The notes beneath the pieces were generated by a model. The model had not been told where the DNA came from and made no database searches. It saw only the letters and a program-made list of their open reading frames with translations. A stretch of DNA of 64,000 bases, taken from Chitinophagaceae bacterium (GTDB lineage Bacteria > Bacteroidota > Bacteroidia > Chitinophagales > Chitinophagaceae). The stretch is from positions 97 to 64,096 of the forward strand of contig JAFBAN010000248.1 of assembly GCA_019247775.1 (NCBI GenBank), written 5' to 3'. Both the position numbers and the translations under genes were made by a program. This document shows positions 17,215 through 27,179 of the stretch, in pieces. Position 1 is the stretch's first letter; the number at the start of each line of letters is the position of its first letter.

Positions 17215-18318
17215 TTATTTTTTCAGAAGAATATCGGATACCAGCATAAGGTGGTCGCTGAGGTTCTCGTCTACCAGGTCTACCTGCCTGATATCGAAAC
17301 GCGGGTCGGCCAGTATATAGTCGATCCGCAACGTGGGCGCCAGGCTGAGAAAACTGCGCCCGATGGCAAAACCTTTTTTCAGAAAAGCATCCTGCATATT
17401 GCCTTTGATCCTGAAATACGCATACGAGTTGGGCACATCATTGAAATCTCCCGATATGATCACCGGATGCCGGCTCTTATCGATCTCAGTCCTTACCATA
17501 TCTGCCTGGATACCGCGGCGGATAAAAGCCAGCTTCATTTTTTTCACCAGGCTTTTCGATGCCTCCAGGTTGCCTTTTTCCTGGTCGCGCACTTTTTCCA
17601 TATCATCATAATCCTCCGGCTTGAATTTGAACGATTGCAGGTGGGTGGTAAAGACGCGGATGGTATCATCGCCTTTTTTCAGATCCACATAGATCAGGCT
17701 CTCCGCCACAGGATAGGCAATACGGCCGGAGTCTACGATCGGGTACCTGGAAAAAATAATGCATCCCGAGAGGTAATTACCGCCATCCCGCTGGTAATCC
17801 CGGGAAAAAAAATAGTAGGGATACTGCTTGCTGAAAAGTGAGATATTATCTGCAGCCGTGGCGGTATTGAACTCCTGCATGCAAACGATATCCGGCTGGT
17901 GACGCAGCACCGTTGCCGCCAGTTCGGTAGGCGCCAGTTTTCTTGCATCCTTTGCTTTGGAAAGACCGTTAAAGCTCTGCACATTCCAGTCTATCAGCCG
18001 CAGGCTGTTCTCCGGTTTGCGCTTCGAGAACCCCGCGCCGGGATGCCAGGCGAATACTACGCTCAGCTGCTGCCAGCCTACCAGCAGGGTCACCAATGGC
18101 AGCAACGCCCAGACCGGTCTTACTGTAAGCCAGATGATGATAAAAAAGACCAGCACAAGAATAAGATAAGGCACTGCCAGTCCGGCGAAGCCTGTGATCC
18201 ACCAATTCTTCGGGTTCACATAGGGGGTGAGGCAGGCAACCAGGAAAAGAATGGAGATAAGGATATTGATGCTGATCAGCAAAGTTTTAACCGCACGTCC
18301 GAAGAAAGTCCTGGCCAT
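17215..18318 (-). CDS. Endonuclease/exonuclease/phosphatase family membrane protein
   Basis: N-terminal TM segments, WNVQSF, CMQEF, THLQS, SGDFND, LRIDYI and SDH. Confidence 0.9.
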   Translation of the reverse strand: MARTFFGRAVKTLLISINILISILFLVACLTPYVNPKNWWITGFAGLAVPYLILVLVFFIIIWLTVRPVWALLPLVTLLVGWQQLSVVFAWHPGAGFSKRKPENSLRLIDWNVQSFNGLSKAKDARKLAPTELAATVLRHQPDIVCMQEFNTATAADNISLFSKQYPYYFFSRDYQRDGGNYLSGCIIFSRYPIVDSGRIAYPVAESLIYVDLKKGDDTIRVFTTHLQSFKFKPEDYDDMEKVRDQEKGNLEASKSLVKKMKLAFIRRGIQADMVRTEIDKSRHPVIISGDFNDVPNSYAYFRIKGNMQDAFLKKGFAIGRSFLSLAPTLRIDYILADPRFDIRQVDLVDENLSDHLMLVSDILLKK

Positions 18319-18355
18319 GGTTAAAATTAATGAAATTCAGGGGGACAAATTATTT

Positions 18356-18468
18356 TCCTGCGTGCCCTGCGATCCTTTGCGTTCCCTGCGTTACAAATCC
18401 GCAAGTTTCAGTATAGCAAAGATCGCAAAGGATCGCAGGGAACGCAAAGAACCGCAGGGGGCGCAGGG
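18356..18468. repeat. ctttgcg/cgcaggg-unit palindromic element
   Basis: ccctgcgatcctttgcgttccctgcgttac...atcgcaaaggatcgcagggaacgcaaag. Confidence 0.85.
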
Positions 18469-19401
18469 TTATAGCTGTTCTTTGCTGGCGCGTTTGAGGA
18501 AATCTTTTTCTTCCTCGCTGAGGCCGTCGTATCCTTTCTGGTTGATCTTGTCGAGGATGGCATCCAGTTTCTGCTGGGTGATATTCGCTTTTTTCTCAAA
18601 CGGCTTGCGGTCAGACAGGTAATGCAGGCGCTCTGCAGACCCACGCTTTTTTTTGTCGGGATGGAAAAGATCGTTCAGCCAATCCACCAGGTTATTCATC
18701 CACGCAGCCCAGTCGCGGCCGCGTTTCATCTGGTGAATAAAGAGAAATCCGATCAGTCCGGCGCCAAGATGCGCGATCGCCACAGGTGCATTGCCCTTGC
18801 CCACCGTTCCAAAATCAATGGCCACGTAAACAAGCGTAAGTACCCAGAGCGGGATGCCTCCGCCGATCAATGGAAAGATGCGATAATCCGGCGCCAGCGT
18901 AGTGGTAGCGATAGCGATGGCCATTACCGCCGCACTCGCGCCAAGCATGGAGCCGATAGCTGTTCCGTTCGGCAACAGGTTAGCGGCGAGCAGAAAACAA
19001 AGGGCCCCGGTAAAACCGCCATAGAGATAAATTGGGATCATTTTATTATTCCCGGCCAGATCCTGCAGGATAAAACCGAAACCCCATAACCAGAGCATAC
19101 TGCTTACCAGGTGCCAGAAGCTGTAGTGCGTGAACATGTACATTACCATGGTCCAGGGCCTGCCGGCAAGCGTATCTGCGGAAGCCGGTAACACCAGCCA
19201 GTTGAGGATCTGTTTCTGAAAAAATTCCATCGGAATATCAGAGAGCTGGTAGATCATGCTCAGGATATGCAGGGCCGCGAACATGATCATGTTGGCGGCG
19301 AACAGCAGTACCAGGGCATTATTGTCCTGCCCCAGTAAGATCTTCGGATTTTTTCTATAGGTTGATGAGCTTGCCATAGTTCTCACTTCATTAACGTTCA
19401 C
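18469..19401 (-). CDS. Rhomboid family intramembrane serine protease with DUF6576-like C-terminus
   Basis: HLVSSM, GASAA, HLGAG and LDKINQKGYDGLSEEEK. GTG start at 19401 or ATG at 19377. Confidence 0.9.
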   Translation of the reverse strand: MNVNEVRTMASSSTYRKNPKILLGQDNNALVLLFAANMIMFAALHILSMIYQLSDIPMEFFQKQILNWLVLPASADTLAGRPWTMVMYMFTHYSFWHLVSSMLWLWGFGFILQDLAGNNKMIPIYLYGGFTGALCFLLAANLLPNGTAIGSMLGASAAVMAIAIATTTLAPDYRIFPLIGGGIPLWVLTLVYVAIDFGTVGKGNAPVAIAHLGAGLIGFLFIHQMKRGRDWAAWMNNLVDWLNDLFHPDKKKRGSAERLHYLSDRKPFEKKANITQQKLDAILDKINQKGYDGLSEEEKDFLKRASKEQL

Positions 19402-20235
19402 TCAATACATGGTTCGCCGGTTGGTCTTGTTCCAGGTGATAACGACGAGCAGGCCAACGATGGCCCCGCCAATATGGGCCCAGTGTGCAACATTATCACC
19501 GGCCGAGTTGCGGATGCCTTCATACAATTCTACCGCACCGTAAAAAAGCACGAACCATTTTGCTTTCACGGGGATCAGCATATACAGGTAGATATAAGTA
19601 TTTGGGAACAGATACCCGAACGCCGCCAGGATACCGAACACCGCTCCGCTTGCGCCAAGGGTGGCGGAATTGAGCGTATTGTCGTAATAGCTTGCGAGAC
19701 TGTCTACCAGTTGGTTTACCTGCGGATGATTGCCGGGCATCACACGCAATGCATCGATCATCTGATCCTGCGATTTGAAAACATCATGGTGCTGCAGAAA
19801 GCTGATCAGCGCCGAGTTGTTGGAATTGGGCATCGCATGCTCCTGCATCACAGCAGTATAATCCCTCACCAGCGGGATCATTTCATAACTCAGAAACAGC
19901 AGATGCATCAGCGCGGCGCCCAATCCGCAGATCAGATAAAATGTCAGGAACCGCTTGGATCCCCACACATTTTCGAGAACCGAACCAAACATCCACAATG
20001 CCAGCATGTTCAGAAAAATATGCGAAAGACCTCCATGGAGGAACAAATGCGTTACCAGCTGCCAGGGTCTGAACAGGCTGCTTTGCCATGCATGCAGGGC
20101 AAACGTATCATCGATCGAAAATCCTGAATTGAACCCGCCGAAAGTCTTTTGCGCGAGAAAACAGAGCACATTGATGATGAGCAGGTTTTTTACCGCGGGC
20201 GGCAATATCTCGAAACGGCTTGGCCTAAATTCCAT
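19402..20235 (-). CDS. Rhomboid family intramembrane serine protease
   Basis: FLHGGLSHIFLNM, GASGAVFG and AHWAHIGG. Confidence 0.93.
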   Translation of the reverse strand: MEFRPSRFEILPPAVKNLLIINVLCFLAQKTFGGFNSGFSIDDTFALHAWQSSLFRPWQLVTHLFLHGGLSHIFLNMLALWMFGSVLENVWGSKRFLTFYLICGLGAALMHLLFLSYEMIPLVRDYTAVMQEHAMPNSNNSALISFLQHHDVFKSQDQMIDALRVMPGNHPQVNQLVDSLASYYDNTLNSATLGASGAVFGILAAFGYLFPNTYIYLYMLIPVKAKWFVLFYGAVELYEGIRNSAGDNVAHWAHIGGAIVGLLVVITWNKTNRRTMY

Positions 20236-20358
20236 ACCTCACCCCCCAGCCCCCTGAAGGGGGAGTTAAAATGTCTTTTATAAAAATGAGTTTCATATCC
20301 TATCAGGTTATCAATATTAATAAGAGTTTCCAACTTCCCCTTCAGGGGGCTGGGGGGT
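20236..20358. repeat. 22-bp perfect inverted repeat element (accccccagccccctgaagggg)
   Basis: Arms at 20241-20262 and 20337-20358. A half copy lies at 59752-59773. Confidence 0.85.
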
Positions 20359-21771
20359 TTTAAGCTGCACCACATTCTCAATATGCAAGGTATGCGGGAA
20401 CATATCAACCGGCTGTATTTTCGTTACCGTATATTTTTCAGCCAGCATCGACAGGTCTCGGGCCTGTGTGGCCGGATTGCAACTTACATAAACGACTGTG
20501 GGCGCGGCGATATCCAACAGTTTTTTAACCAATTTTTCGTGCATCCCTGCGCGCGGCGGGTCGGTGATCACCACATCGGGACGGCCATGCTGCTGAAAGA
20601 ATGCGTCATCACAAATATCGATCACATCGCCGGTAAAAAAACAGGCATGCGCAATATTGTTGCGCTCGGCATTACGACGCGCATCCACAATGGCATCATC
20701 CACCACTTCTACCCCCACGATTTTTGCCGCCTGCCGGCTCACAAAAATGCCGATGCTGCCGGTACCGCAATACAGGTCGTATACCGTCTGGCTGCCATCC
20801 AGTTCCGCAAATTCGCGGGTTACCTGGTAGAGTTTCTCGGCCTGCCGGGTATTGGTCTGGAAAAACGATTTCGGGCTGATCATGAACCGGAATTCTTCCA
20901 GCTGCTCTTCGATATAACCTTTGCCGGAATAGGTCTGCGGTTCCAGGTCAGTTAAACTGTCGTTCTTTTTGGTATTGATCGTATACAGCAGGGTGCTGAT
21001 CTGCGGAAACTGCTGCAGCAGCTGATCCAGCAATTGGATGCGGTGTTCTTTGTCCTCATAGCCAAAAACGATATTCACCATCAGCTCTCCGGCAGTACTG
21101 TCGCGCACGAACATATTGCGGAGCCAGCCCTCATGATGCCGGATATTGTAAAAAGGCAACTGGTGTTCCATGGCGAACTTAGACGCCGCTTTGCGGATCA
21201 GGTTGGTAGGCTCTTCCTGCAGGTGGCAGGTATCGATCTCCACCACTTTATCGAAAAAACCGCGCACATGAAAACCTGCTGCACCGGGATGGCCTTCCAT
21301 CGAAATACCTTCAGCTTTCAGCCTGCGGAACTCGGCATCGGGAATATATTTGCCGGTAGCGAAAGTGTATTCCATTTTATTGCGGTAGCGCCGGGTCTGT
21401 TCCGCACCAATGATCGGGGCGATCTCAGGCAAGGGGATGCGGGCGATGCGGGTAAGGTTATCGCTTACCTGCTTTTGCTTGTAATGAAGCTGTTTTTCAT
21501 AGGGCAGCATCTGCCACTGGCAGCCGCCGCAGACGCCAAAATGCGCGCAGAAAGGTTCAACCCTGTCGGCAGACAGGCTGTGGATGCGGATGGCTTGCCC
21601 TTCTGCCCAGTCGCTCTTGTTTTTCGTGAGCCGGATATCCACCAGGTCTCCGGGCACCGCTCCTTCTATAAATATCACTTTGCCCTCTACCCGGGCCAGC
21701 GATTTGCCCTCGGCGGCATAGTCCTCTACCCGGATCTTTTCCAGGATAACCTGTTGTTTCTGTTTTCGCAC
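20317..21771 (-). CDS. rlmD: 23S rRNA (uracil1939-C5)-methyltransferase
   Basis: TRAM domain, CGGCQWQ Fe-S motif, SFFQTN, DLYCGTG, DPPRAG, YVSCNP and DMFPHT. GTG at 21771; -7 box at 21776-21783. Confidence 0.95.
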   Translation of the reverse strand: MRKQKQQVILEKIRVEDYAAEGKSLARVEGKVIFIEGAVPGDLVDIRLTKNKSDWAEGQAIRIHSLSADRVEPFCAHFGVCGGCQWQMLPYEKQLHYKQKQVSDNLTRIARIPLPEIAPIIGAEQTRRYRNKMEYTFATGKYIPDAEFRRLKAEGISMEGHPGAAGFHVRGFFDKVVEIDTCHLQEEPTNLIRKAASKFAMEHQLPFYNIRHHEGWLRNMFVRDSTAGELMVNIVFGYEDKEHRIQLLDQLLQQFPQISTLLYTINTKKNDSLTDLEPQTYSGKGYIEEQLEEFRFMISPKSFFQTNTRQAEKLYQVTREFAELDGSQTVYDLYCGTGSIGIFVSRQAAKIVGVEVVDDAIVDARRNAERNNIAHACFFTGDVIDICDDAFFQQHGRPDVVITDPPRAGMHEKLVKKLLDIAAPTVVYVSCNPATQARDLSMLAEKYTVTKIQPVDMFPHTLHIENVVQLKTPQPPEGEVGNSY

Positions 21772-21806
21772 GGCGCAAATGTAGCCATTCCCTGGCGTTG
21801 CTCCTC

Positions 21807-21911
21807 CCCGCGTTCCCTGCGGTCCTTTGCGTTCTTTGCGTTCTTTGCGATACTTTAGAGTTGCGGCAGTAGTAACGCAGGGAACGCAAAGGACCGCAGG
21901 GAACGCAGGGG
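21807..21911. repeat. ctttgcg/cgcaggg-unit palindromic element
   Basis: cgcgttccctgcggtcctttgcgttc is inverted against gaacgcaaaggaccgcagggaacgc, with near-perfect arms. Confidence 0.85.
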
Positions 21912-21978
21912 ATTTTTTTGGGAGATGATTAACTGCAAGCCGTTCGTATTTGACTATTTTTACTACCAATTTTCAGTT

Positions 21979-23436
21979 ATGAGGCTTTTTTTACTTTCGG
22001 CATGTTTATTCGCAGGGGCTTCAGGTGCATTTTCTCAAGCCAAACCGGCGCCTGCTGCCCCTAAAGGCAGGAATATCAGCATCACACTTACCCCGCTGAA
22101 GAATACCAAGGTCTATCTCGGCAGTTACTACGGCAACAGCAAAGTGCTGGCCGATTCAGCTTATCTCGATGAAAAAAGTCACGGGGTATTCAAAGGTCCC
22201 ACCAAGCTTACGCAGGGTATCTATTTCGTGGTAACGCCGCAGCTGACCATTCAGTTCGACCTGCTGATGGACAAGACGCAGCAATTCAGTATCGTGGCTG
22301 ATACCTCCCTTAAGGATAAAGCGGTGATCACGGGATCGGTGGAAAATGATCTCTATAAAAGCTACGCTGCCACCATTGCCACCAAAGGCCAGCATGTACA
22401 GCAACTGGAAACTGCGTTCTACAACGCCAAGACCAAAGAGGACTCCATCCGTCTTCGCAATGAGGTCATCAAAGCCAAAAAAGACCTGGAGGATTCGCGT
22501 CTCGATATCGCCAGAAAACACCCGGGCAGTTTACTCGCCACCCTGCTCAATGCCATGAAGAAGCCTGAAGCGCCTCCTATGCCGATGAAGAACGGCAAAC
22601 TGGATTCACTCTATCCTTACCGCTATGTGAAGGAGCATTACTGGGATGATGTAAGTTTCAATGATGACCGCCTGCTGCGTACCCCGTTTTTTGAGCCCAA
22701 ACTGGACGAATATTTCAAGACCATGGTATCGCCTGAGCCTGATTCGGTGATCGCCGAGGTGAATTACATCCTGCTGTCGGCCCGTACCGGCAAAGAGATC
22801 TATCCCTACCTGCTCACCAAATTCACCAACAAATACATGAACCCGGAGTTCATGGGGCAGGATAAGGTGTTCGTGTACCTGTTCGAAAATTATTATGCAA
22901 AGGGTGATACCGTGTTACTCAACGCAGCATCCCGTAAGACCATCACAGACCGGGCCTATAGCCTGATGGCCAACCAGCTCGGCCAGCCTGCGCCTACACT
23001 GGATCTGACAGATACTTCGGGAAAGACCAGCTCGCTCTACAGCATCAATGCACCATTTACCGTGGTAGCTTTCTGGGATCCGAATTGCGGACATTGCAAG
23101 GAAGAGATACCCAGACTTGATTCGATCTACAAAGCCAAATGGAAGGATTACGGAGTGGCGGTATATTCGGTGAATATCTACGAGAACGAGATCCCCGCCT
23201 GGAAGAAATTCCTGAACGAAAAACATATTTCACCCGAATGGCGCCAGGCGTATGAGACCAAGGAAGCGCGCACGGCTACCGAAAAAGCCGGCAAACCAAA
23301 TTACCGTCAGCTCTACGACATCTATAAAACGCCTACGATTTACCTGCTCGATAAAGACAAGCGCATCATCGCCAAACAGCTGAGCCTGGAGCAGTTCAAT
23401 GATCTGATAGAGGCGAAGCGGAAAGCGGGGAAGTGA
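21979..23436 (+). CDS. Secreted TlpA/thioredoxin-like protein with DUF5106-like region
   Basis: Signal peptide, HYWD..RLLRTP, FWDPNCGHCK and YDIYKTPTIYLLD. Confidence 0.82.
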   Translation: MRLFLLSACLFAGASGAFSQAKPAPAAPKGRNISITLTPLKNTKVYLGSYYGNSKVLADSAYLDEKSHGVFKGPTKLTQGIYFVVTPQLTIQFDLLMDKTQQFSIVADTSLKDKAVITGSVENDLYKSYAATIATKGQHVQQLETAFYNAKTKEDSIRLRNEVIKAKKDLEDSRLDIARKHPGSLLATLLNAMKKPEAPPMPMKNGKLDSLYPYRYVKEHYWDDVSFNDDRLLRTPFFEPKLDEYFKTMVSPEPDSVIAEVNYILLSARTGKEIYPYLLTKFTNKYMNPEFMGQDKVFVYLFENYYAKGDTVLLNAASRKTITDRAYSLMANQLGQPAPTLDLTDTSGKTSSLYSINAPFTVVAFWDPNCGHCKEEIPRLDSIYKAKWKDYGVAVYSVNIYENEIPAWKKFLNEKHISPEWRQAYETKEARTATEKAGKPNYRQLYDIYKTPTIYLLDKDKRIIAKQLSLEQFNDLIEAKRKAGK

Positions 23437-23472
23437 GTTTGGAATTTTGGAATTGGGAAATTTCGAAATTTT
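23437..23472. repeat. Octamer tandem repeat (ttggaatt)
   Basis: gtttggaattttggaattgggaaatttcgaaatttt. Confidence 0.6.
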
Positions 23473-23477
23473 GGTCC

Positions 23478-24431
23478 CTACTGCAGCGCTTTTACAACAT
23501 TCCAGATAACCTTCGGTTTACCCAATGTATAGTAGTGCAATACCGGCACGCCAGCCTGTTTGAGTTCTTTGCTCTGCTGGATCAGCCATTCAGTTCCAAC
23601 CTGCTCGCATTCGATGTCGTTCTTGCACTTGATCAGTGCATTGGAAAGTTCGGTAGGCAGGTCAACATGGAAGATCCGGGGCAATACGGATAATTGCTTT
23701 TTATTGGTGATGGGCTTGAGTCCGGGAATGATTGGCACATTGATACCGATCTTTTTACAGGCGCTGACGAAATCGAAAAATTTCTGGTTGTCGAAGAACA
23801 TCTGCGTCATAATATATTCGGCGCCGGCATCTACTTTGTCTTTCAGCCGCTCCAGGTCTATCTCCAGGTTGGGGGCTTCAAAATGTTTTTCGGGGTAGCC
23901 GGCCACGCCTGCACAGAATTTTGTTTTACCGCCATTCTTGATGTCTTCATCCAGGTAAATGCCATTGTTCATATTCGACACCTGCTGCAGCAGGTCTATC
24001 GCGAAAAAATTACCGCCCGGCTCGGGTTCAAATGCCGCTTCATTTTTGGCGGCATCGCCGCGCAGCACCAGCACATTGTCGATGCCCAGGAAGTCGAGAT
24101 CGATCAGGGCGTCTTCGGTTTCTCGTTTGGTAAAACCGCCGCAGATGATATGGGGCACCGCATCAACCTGGTAATGGTTCATGATGGCCGCGCAGATTCC
24201 CACCGTACCCGGACGTTTACGCACTTCCACTTTCTCAAATGTGCCATCTGCCTTTTTCTTGAACATAGATTCGCTGCGGTGGTAAGTAACATTGATCCAT
24301 GCCGGCTTGAACTCCATCAGGGGGTCCAGATGATCGTATAAAGAGGAAATGGTCTTCCCTTTCAGCGGCGGCAATACCTCGAAAGAGATCAGTGTATCCT
24401 TTGCCTGTGCAATATGTTCGGTGATCTTCAT
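23478..24431 (-). CDS. metF: 5,10-methylenetetrahydrofolate reductase
   Basis: SFEVLPP, VPHIICGG, LVLRGD, AGYPEKH, IMTQMFFD and LHYYT. ATG at 24431. Confidence 0.96.
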   Translation of the reverse strand: MKITEHIAQAKDTLISFEVLPPLKGKTISSLYDHLDPLMEFKPAWINVTYHRSESMFKKKADGTFEKVEVRKRPGTVGICAAIMNHYQVDAVPHIICGGFTKRETEDALIDLDFLGIDNVLVLRGDAAKNEAAFEPEPGGNFFAIDLLQQVSNMNNGIYLDEDIKNGGKTKFCAGVAGYPEKHFEAPNLEIDLERLKDKVDAGAEYIMTQMFFDNQKFFDFVSACKKIGINVPIIPGLKPITNKKQLSVLPRIFHVDLPTELSNALIKCKNDIECEQVGTEWLIQQSKELKQAGVPVLHYYTLGKPKVIWNVVKALQ

Positions 24432-24470
24432 TGGCTTATTTAAAACGGCTGCAAGATAAGACAGGAGAGA

Positions 24471-24620
24471 CAAAGTACGAAGGACGAAATACGAAGGACG
24501 AGAGGAAGGCAGTGGAGGACAATGGCGTAGTGTGTCTGGAGCTGTGATTAAACACATAGGTACATAGGAAAATGAGGGCACATAGCTATGTGTTCTATGT
24601 TATCTATGTCCCTATGTGTT
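24471..24620. repeat. Heptamer repeat (tacgaag/gacgaaa) followed by a cacatagg/cctatgtg inverted element
   Basis: Units at 24471-24502; perfect 10-bp inverted repeat aacacatagg (24551) and cctatgtgtt (24611). Confidence 0.75.
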
Positions 24621-24673
24621 AAACCCTTCCTCACCACACGTTATTCCACTATTTTTGTAACAAAACCATTCAT

Positions 24674-25447
24674 TTGAACCTGACCATCCATACCCAGGAG
24701 CTTGTAAAAAGTTATAAAGGCCGGACCGTGGTTAAACAGGTGTCCGTTACTGTTGAACAGGGCGAGATCGTGGGTTTGCTGGGACCGAATGGCGCCGGCA
24801 AGACCACTACATTTTATATGGTGGTGGGATTGATCAAACCGGATGAGGGCACTGTTTTTCTGAATGACCAGGATATTACCCGGCTGCCGATGTACAAACG
24901 TGCGCAGATGGGCATCGGCTACCTTCCGCAGGAAGCCAGTGTGTTCAGGAAACTGAGCGTGGAAGACAATATCCTGGCCGTACTCGAAATGACCAAACTC
25001 ACCTCAGGCGAGCGGCAGCATAAACTCGAGTCGTTGCTGGATGAATTCAATCTCCATCATGTGCGCAAGAACAACGGCGATAGTCTGAGCGGCGGTGAAA
25101 GAAGACGGACCGAGATAGCGAGGGCGCTGGCTGTGGATCCCAAATTCATCCTGCTCGACGAACCTTTTGCCGGCGTGGATCCGATTGCGGTGGAAGATAT
25201 CCAGAGCGTGGTGGCCCGCCTCAAATACAAGAATATCGGCATCCTGATCACCGATCACAACGTAAACGAAACACTTTCCATCTGCGACCGGGCCTACCTG
25301 CTGATCGAAGGAAAGATCTTTAAACATGGCACGGCCGAAGAGCTCGCAGAAGATGAACATGTAAGAAGATTATACCTCGGCACCAACTTCGAACTGCGCA
25401 GGAAGGATTGGATCATTGAAATGGGGAAAGAAGGGAGTGAGCTTTGA
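24674..25447 (+). CDS. lptB: LPS export ABC transporter ATP-binding protein
   Basis: [45 protein letters not shown] and TDHNV. TTG start. Confidence 0.96.
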   Translation: MNLTIHTQELVKSYKGRTVVKQVSVTVEQGEIVGLLGPNGAGKTTTFYMVVGLIKPDEGTVFLNDQDITRLPMYKRAQMGIGYLPQEASVFRKLSVEDNILAVLEMTKLTSGERQHKLESLLDEFNLHHVRKNNGDSLSGGERRRTEIARALAVDPKFILLDEPFAGVDPIAVEDIQSVVARLKYKNIGILITDHNVNETLSICDRAYLLIEGKIFKHGTAEELAEDEHVRRLYLGTNFELRRKDWIIEMGKEGSEL

Positions 25448-25500
25448 GATTGGATCTGAGATCCCGGAATCGATGTTATTCGCAGTTCCGACTTTAATTT

Positions 25501-25579
25501 TTTTACCGCAAAGACGCAAGGGCGCGAAGTTTCGCGAGGGCTTAGCGTTTCTTTGCGTCATAGCGCCTTTGCGGTAAAA
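25501..25579. repeat. cgcaaag/ctttgcg palindromic element
   Basis: Terminal 13-bp inverted repeat ttttaccgcaaag/ctttgcggtaaaa. Confidence 0.8.
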
Positions 25580-25658
25580 CACAATGCCTTCGCCGATTCC
25601 CGTCCTTCCCCATTTCCCAATTTCAAAATGAATGCTTACATTGCTATAACTCTCAACC

Positions 25659-27170
25659 ATGAAACTGCTCAGCCCAGCAATATCCCGATTGGCCCGGTTC
25701 AGGCATTGGCGCATCGAGCAATGGATCAGCGATCCGGTGGCGGCGCAGCGTGAAGTACTGCAGGATCTTGTTACCCATGCCCAGTACACCGAATTCGGCC
25801 GTAAATATGGCTTGAAAGAACTGTACAGCATCCGAAGCTTTAAACAGCATGTTCCCATCCACGAATACGAAGACCTGAAACCTTATATAGACCGGCTGAT
25901 GCAGGGCGAAGAGAACCTGCTCTGGAATACGCCTGTCAACTGGTTCGCCAAAAGCAGTGGCACCACCAGCGATAAAAGCAAATTCATCCCGGTAACGCAG
26001 GAAAGCCTGGAAGACTGCCATTTCCAGGGCGCCAAAGATGTACTCACCCTGTACTACAATTATAACAGCAACAGCGATCTGCTCACGGGTAAAGGATTGG
26101 TGATCGGCGGCAGTCACCAGATCAGTAAGATAAATGAAGACATTCAATATGGCGATCTGAGTGCCGTGCTGCTGCAGAACACGCCCATGTGGGCCAGCTG
26201 GATCCGTACACCGGAACTCTCCATCGCATTGATGGATGAATGGGAGAGTAAAATTGAAAGGCTGGCGCAATCCACCATACCCGAAGATGTGACTTCTATC
26301 TCCGGCGTTCCTACCTGGACGATGATACTGATGAAGCGCATCCTCGAGATCACCGGCAAATCCACCATCAGGGAAGTTTGGCCCAATCTCGAACTGTACA
26401 TCCATGGCGGCGTATCCTTTTTGCCCTATCACGAACAATTCAAGCAACTGATCGGAGAAGGCTGCACCTATCTCGAAATGTACAACGCCAGCGAAGGTTT
26501 TTTTGCCGCGCAGGATAACCCGGATGAGGAGGGGATGCTGCTATTCCTGAACCATGGCATTTTTTATGAGTTCATGCCGGTGGAAGAATACGGCAAGCCT
26601 GATCCCAAAACCATTGGATTAAACCAGGTGCAGACTGGATGCAACTATGCGATGGTGATCAGCACCAATGGCGGGCTCTGGCGTTACCTGGTGGGCGATA
26701 CCATCCAATTCACTTCAACTTTCCCCTTCCGCATTAAAGTTACCGGAAGGCTTAAGCAATACATCAATGCATTCGGCGAAGAAGTGATCGTTGACAATGC
26801 CGACAAAGCCATTTCCATCGCCATGCAGCGCACGGGTACGATGGTGATCGATTATAGTGCGGCCCCTGTTTATATCAATGGAGATAACAAAGGCGCCCAC
26901 GAATGGCTGGTTGAATTCGATAATGCTCCGGCCTGTACGGAACGCTTTGCTTATGAACTGGACTGCGCGCTGAAATCGCTGAACAGCGACTATGAAGCCA
27001 AACGCTACAAGGATATTGCGTTGACGCTGCCACGGGTTCATGCACTGAAAAAAGGCGTTTTCCACGAATGGCTGAAAAGCAAGAACAAACTGGGCGGCCA
27101 GCACAAAATACCGCGGCTGAGCAACGACCGCAAATACATTGACGAGATCCTGGCCCTACAGGGGCGCTAA
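25659..27170 (+). CDS. GH3 family (acyl-adenylate amido synthetase-like) protein
   Basis: AKSSGTTSDKSK, YNASEGFF, GLWRYLVGD and GGQHKIPRL. Confidence 0.92.
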   Translation: MKLLSPAISRLARFRHWRIEQWISDPVAAQREVLQDLVTHAQYTEFGRKYGLKELYSIRSFKQHVPIHEYEDLKPYIDRLMQGEENLLWNTPVNWFAKSSGTTSDKSKFIPVTQESLEDCHFQGAKDVLTLYYNYNSNSDLLTGKGLVIGGSHQISKINEDIQYGDLSAVLLQNTPMWASWIRTPELSIALMDEWESKIERLAQSTIPEDVTSISGVPTWTMILMKRILEITGKSTIREVWPNLELYIHGGVSFLPYHEQFKQLIGEGCTYLEMYNASEGFFAAQDNPDEEGMLLFLNHGIFYEFMPVEEYGKPDPKTIGLNQVQTGCNYAMVISTNGGLWRYLVGDTIQFTSTFPFRIKVTGRLKQYINAFGEEVIVDNADKAISIAMQRTGTMVIDYSAAPVYINGDNKGAHEWLVEFDNAPACTERFAYELDCALKSLNSDYEAKRYKDIALTLPRVHALKKGVFHEWLKSKNKLGGQHKIPRLSNDRKYIDEILALQGR

Positions 27171-27179
27171 TTTTCCTGC

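Noticed and set aside
17093-17320. Plus-strand ORF with a poly-Gln run
   Set aside because: It is the antisense reading of the Cys codons and overlaps both cysS and the EEP gene.
12102-21911. Recurrent repeats considered as CRISPR arrays or integron attC sites
   Set aside because: There is no regular repeat-spacer period, no cas or integrase gene, and no RYYYAAC/GTTRRRY pairs flanking cassettes.
24432-24673. SAM riboswitch or Met-rich leader upstream of metF
   Set aside because: I saw no recognisable SAM-I/II consensus or Met-codon run. The space is filled by short repeats.
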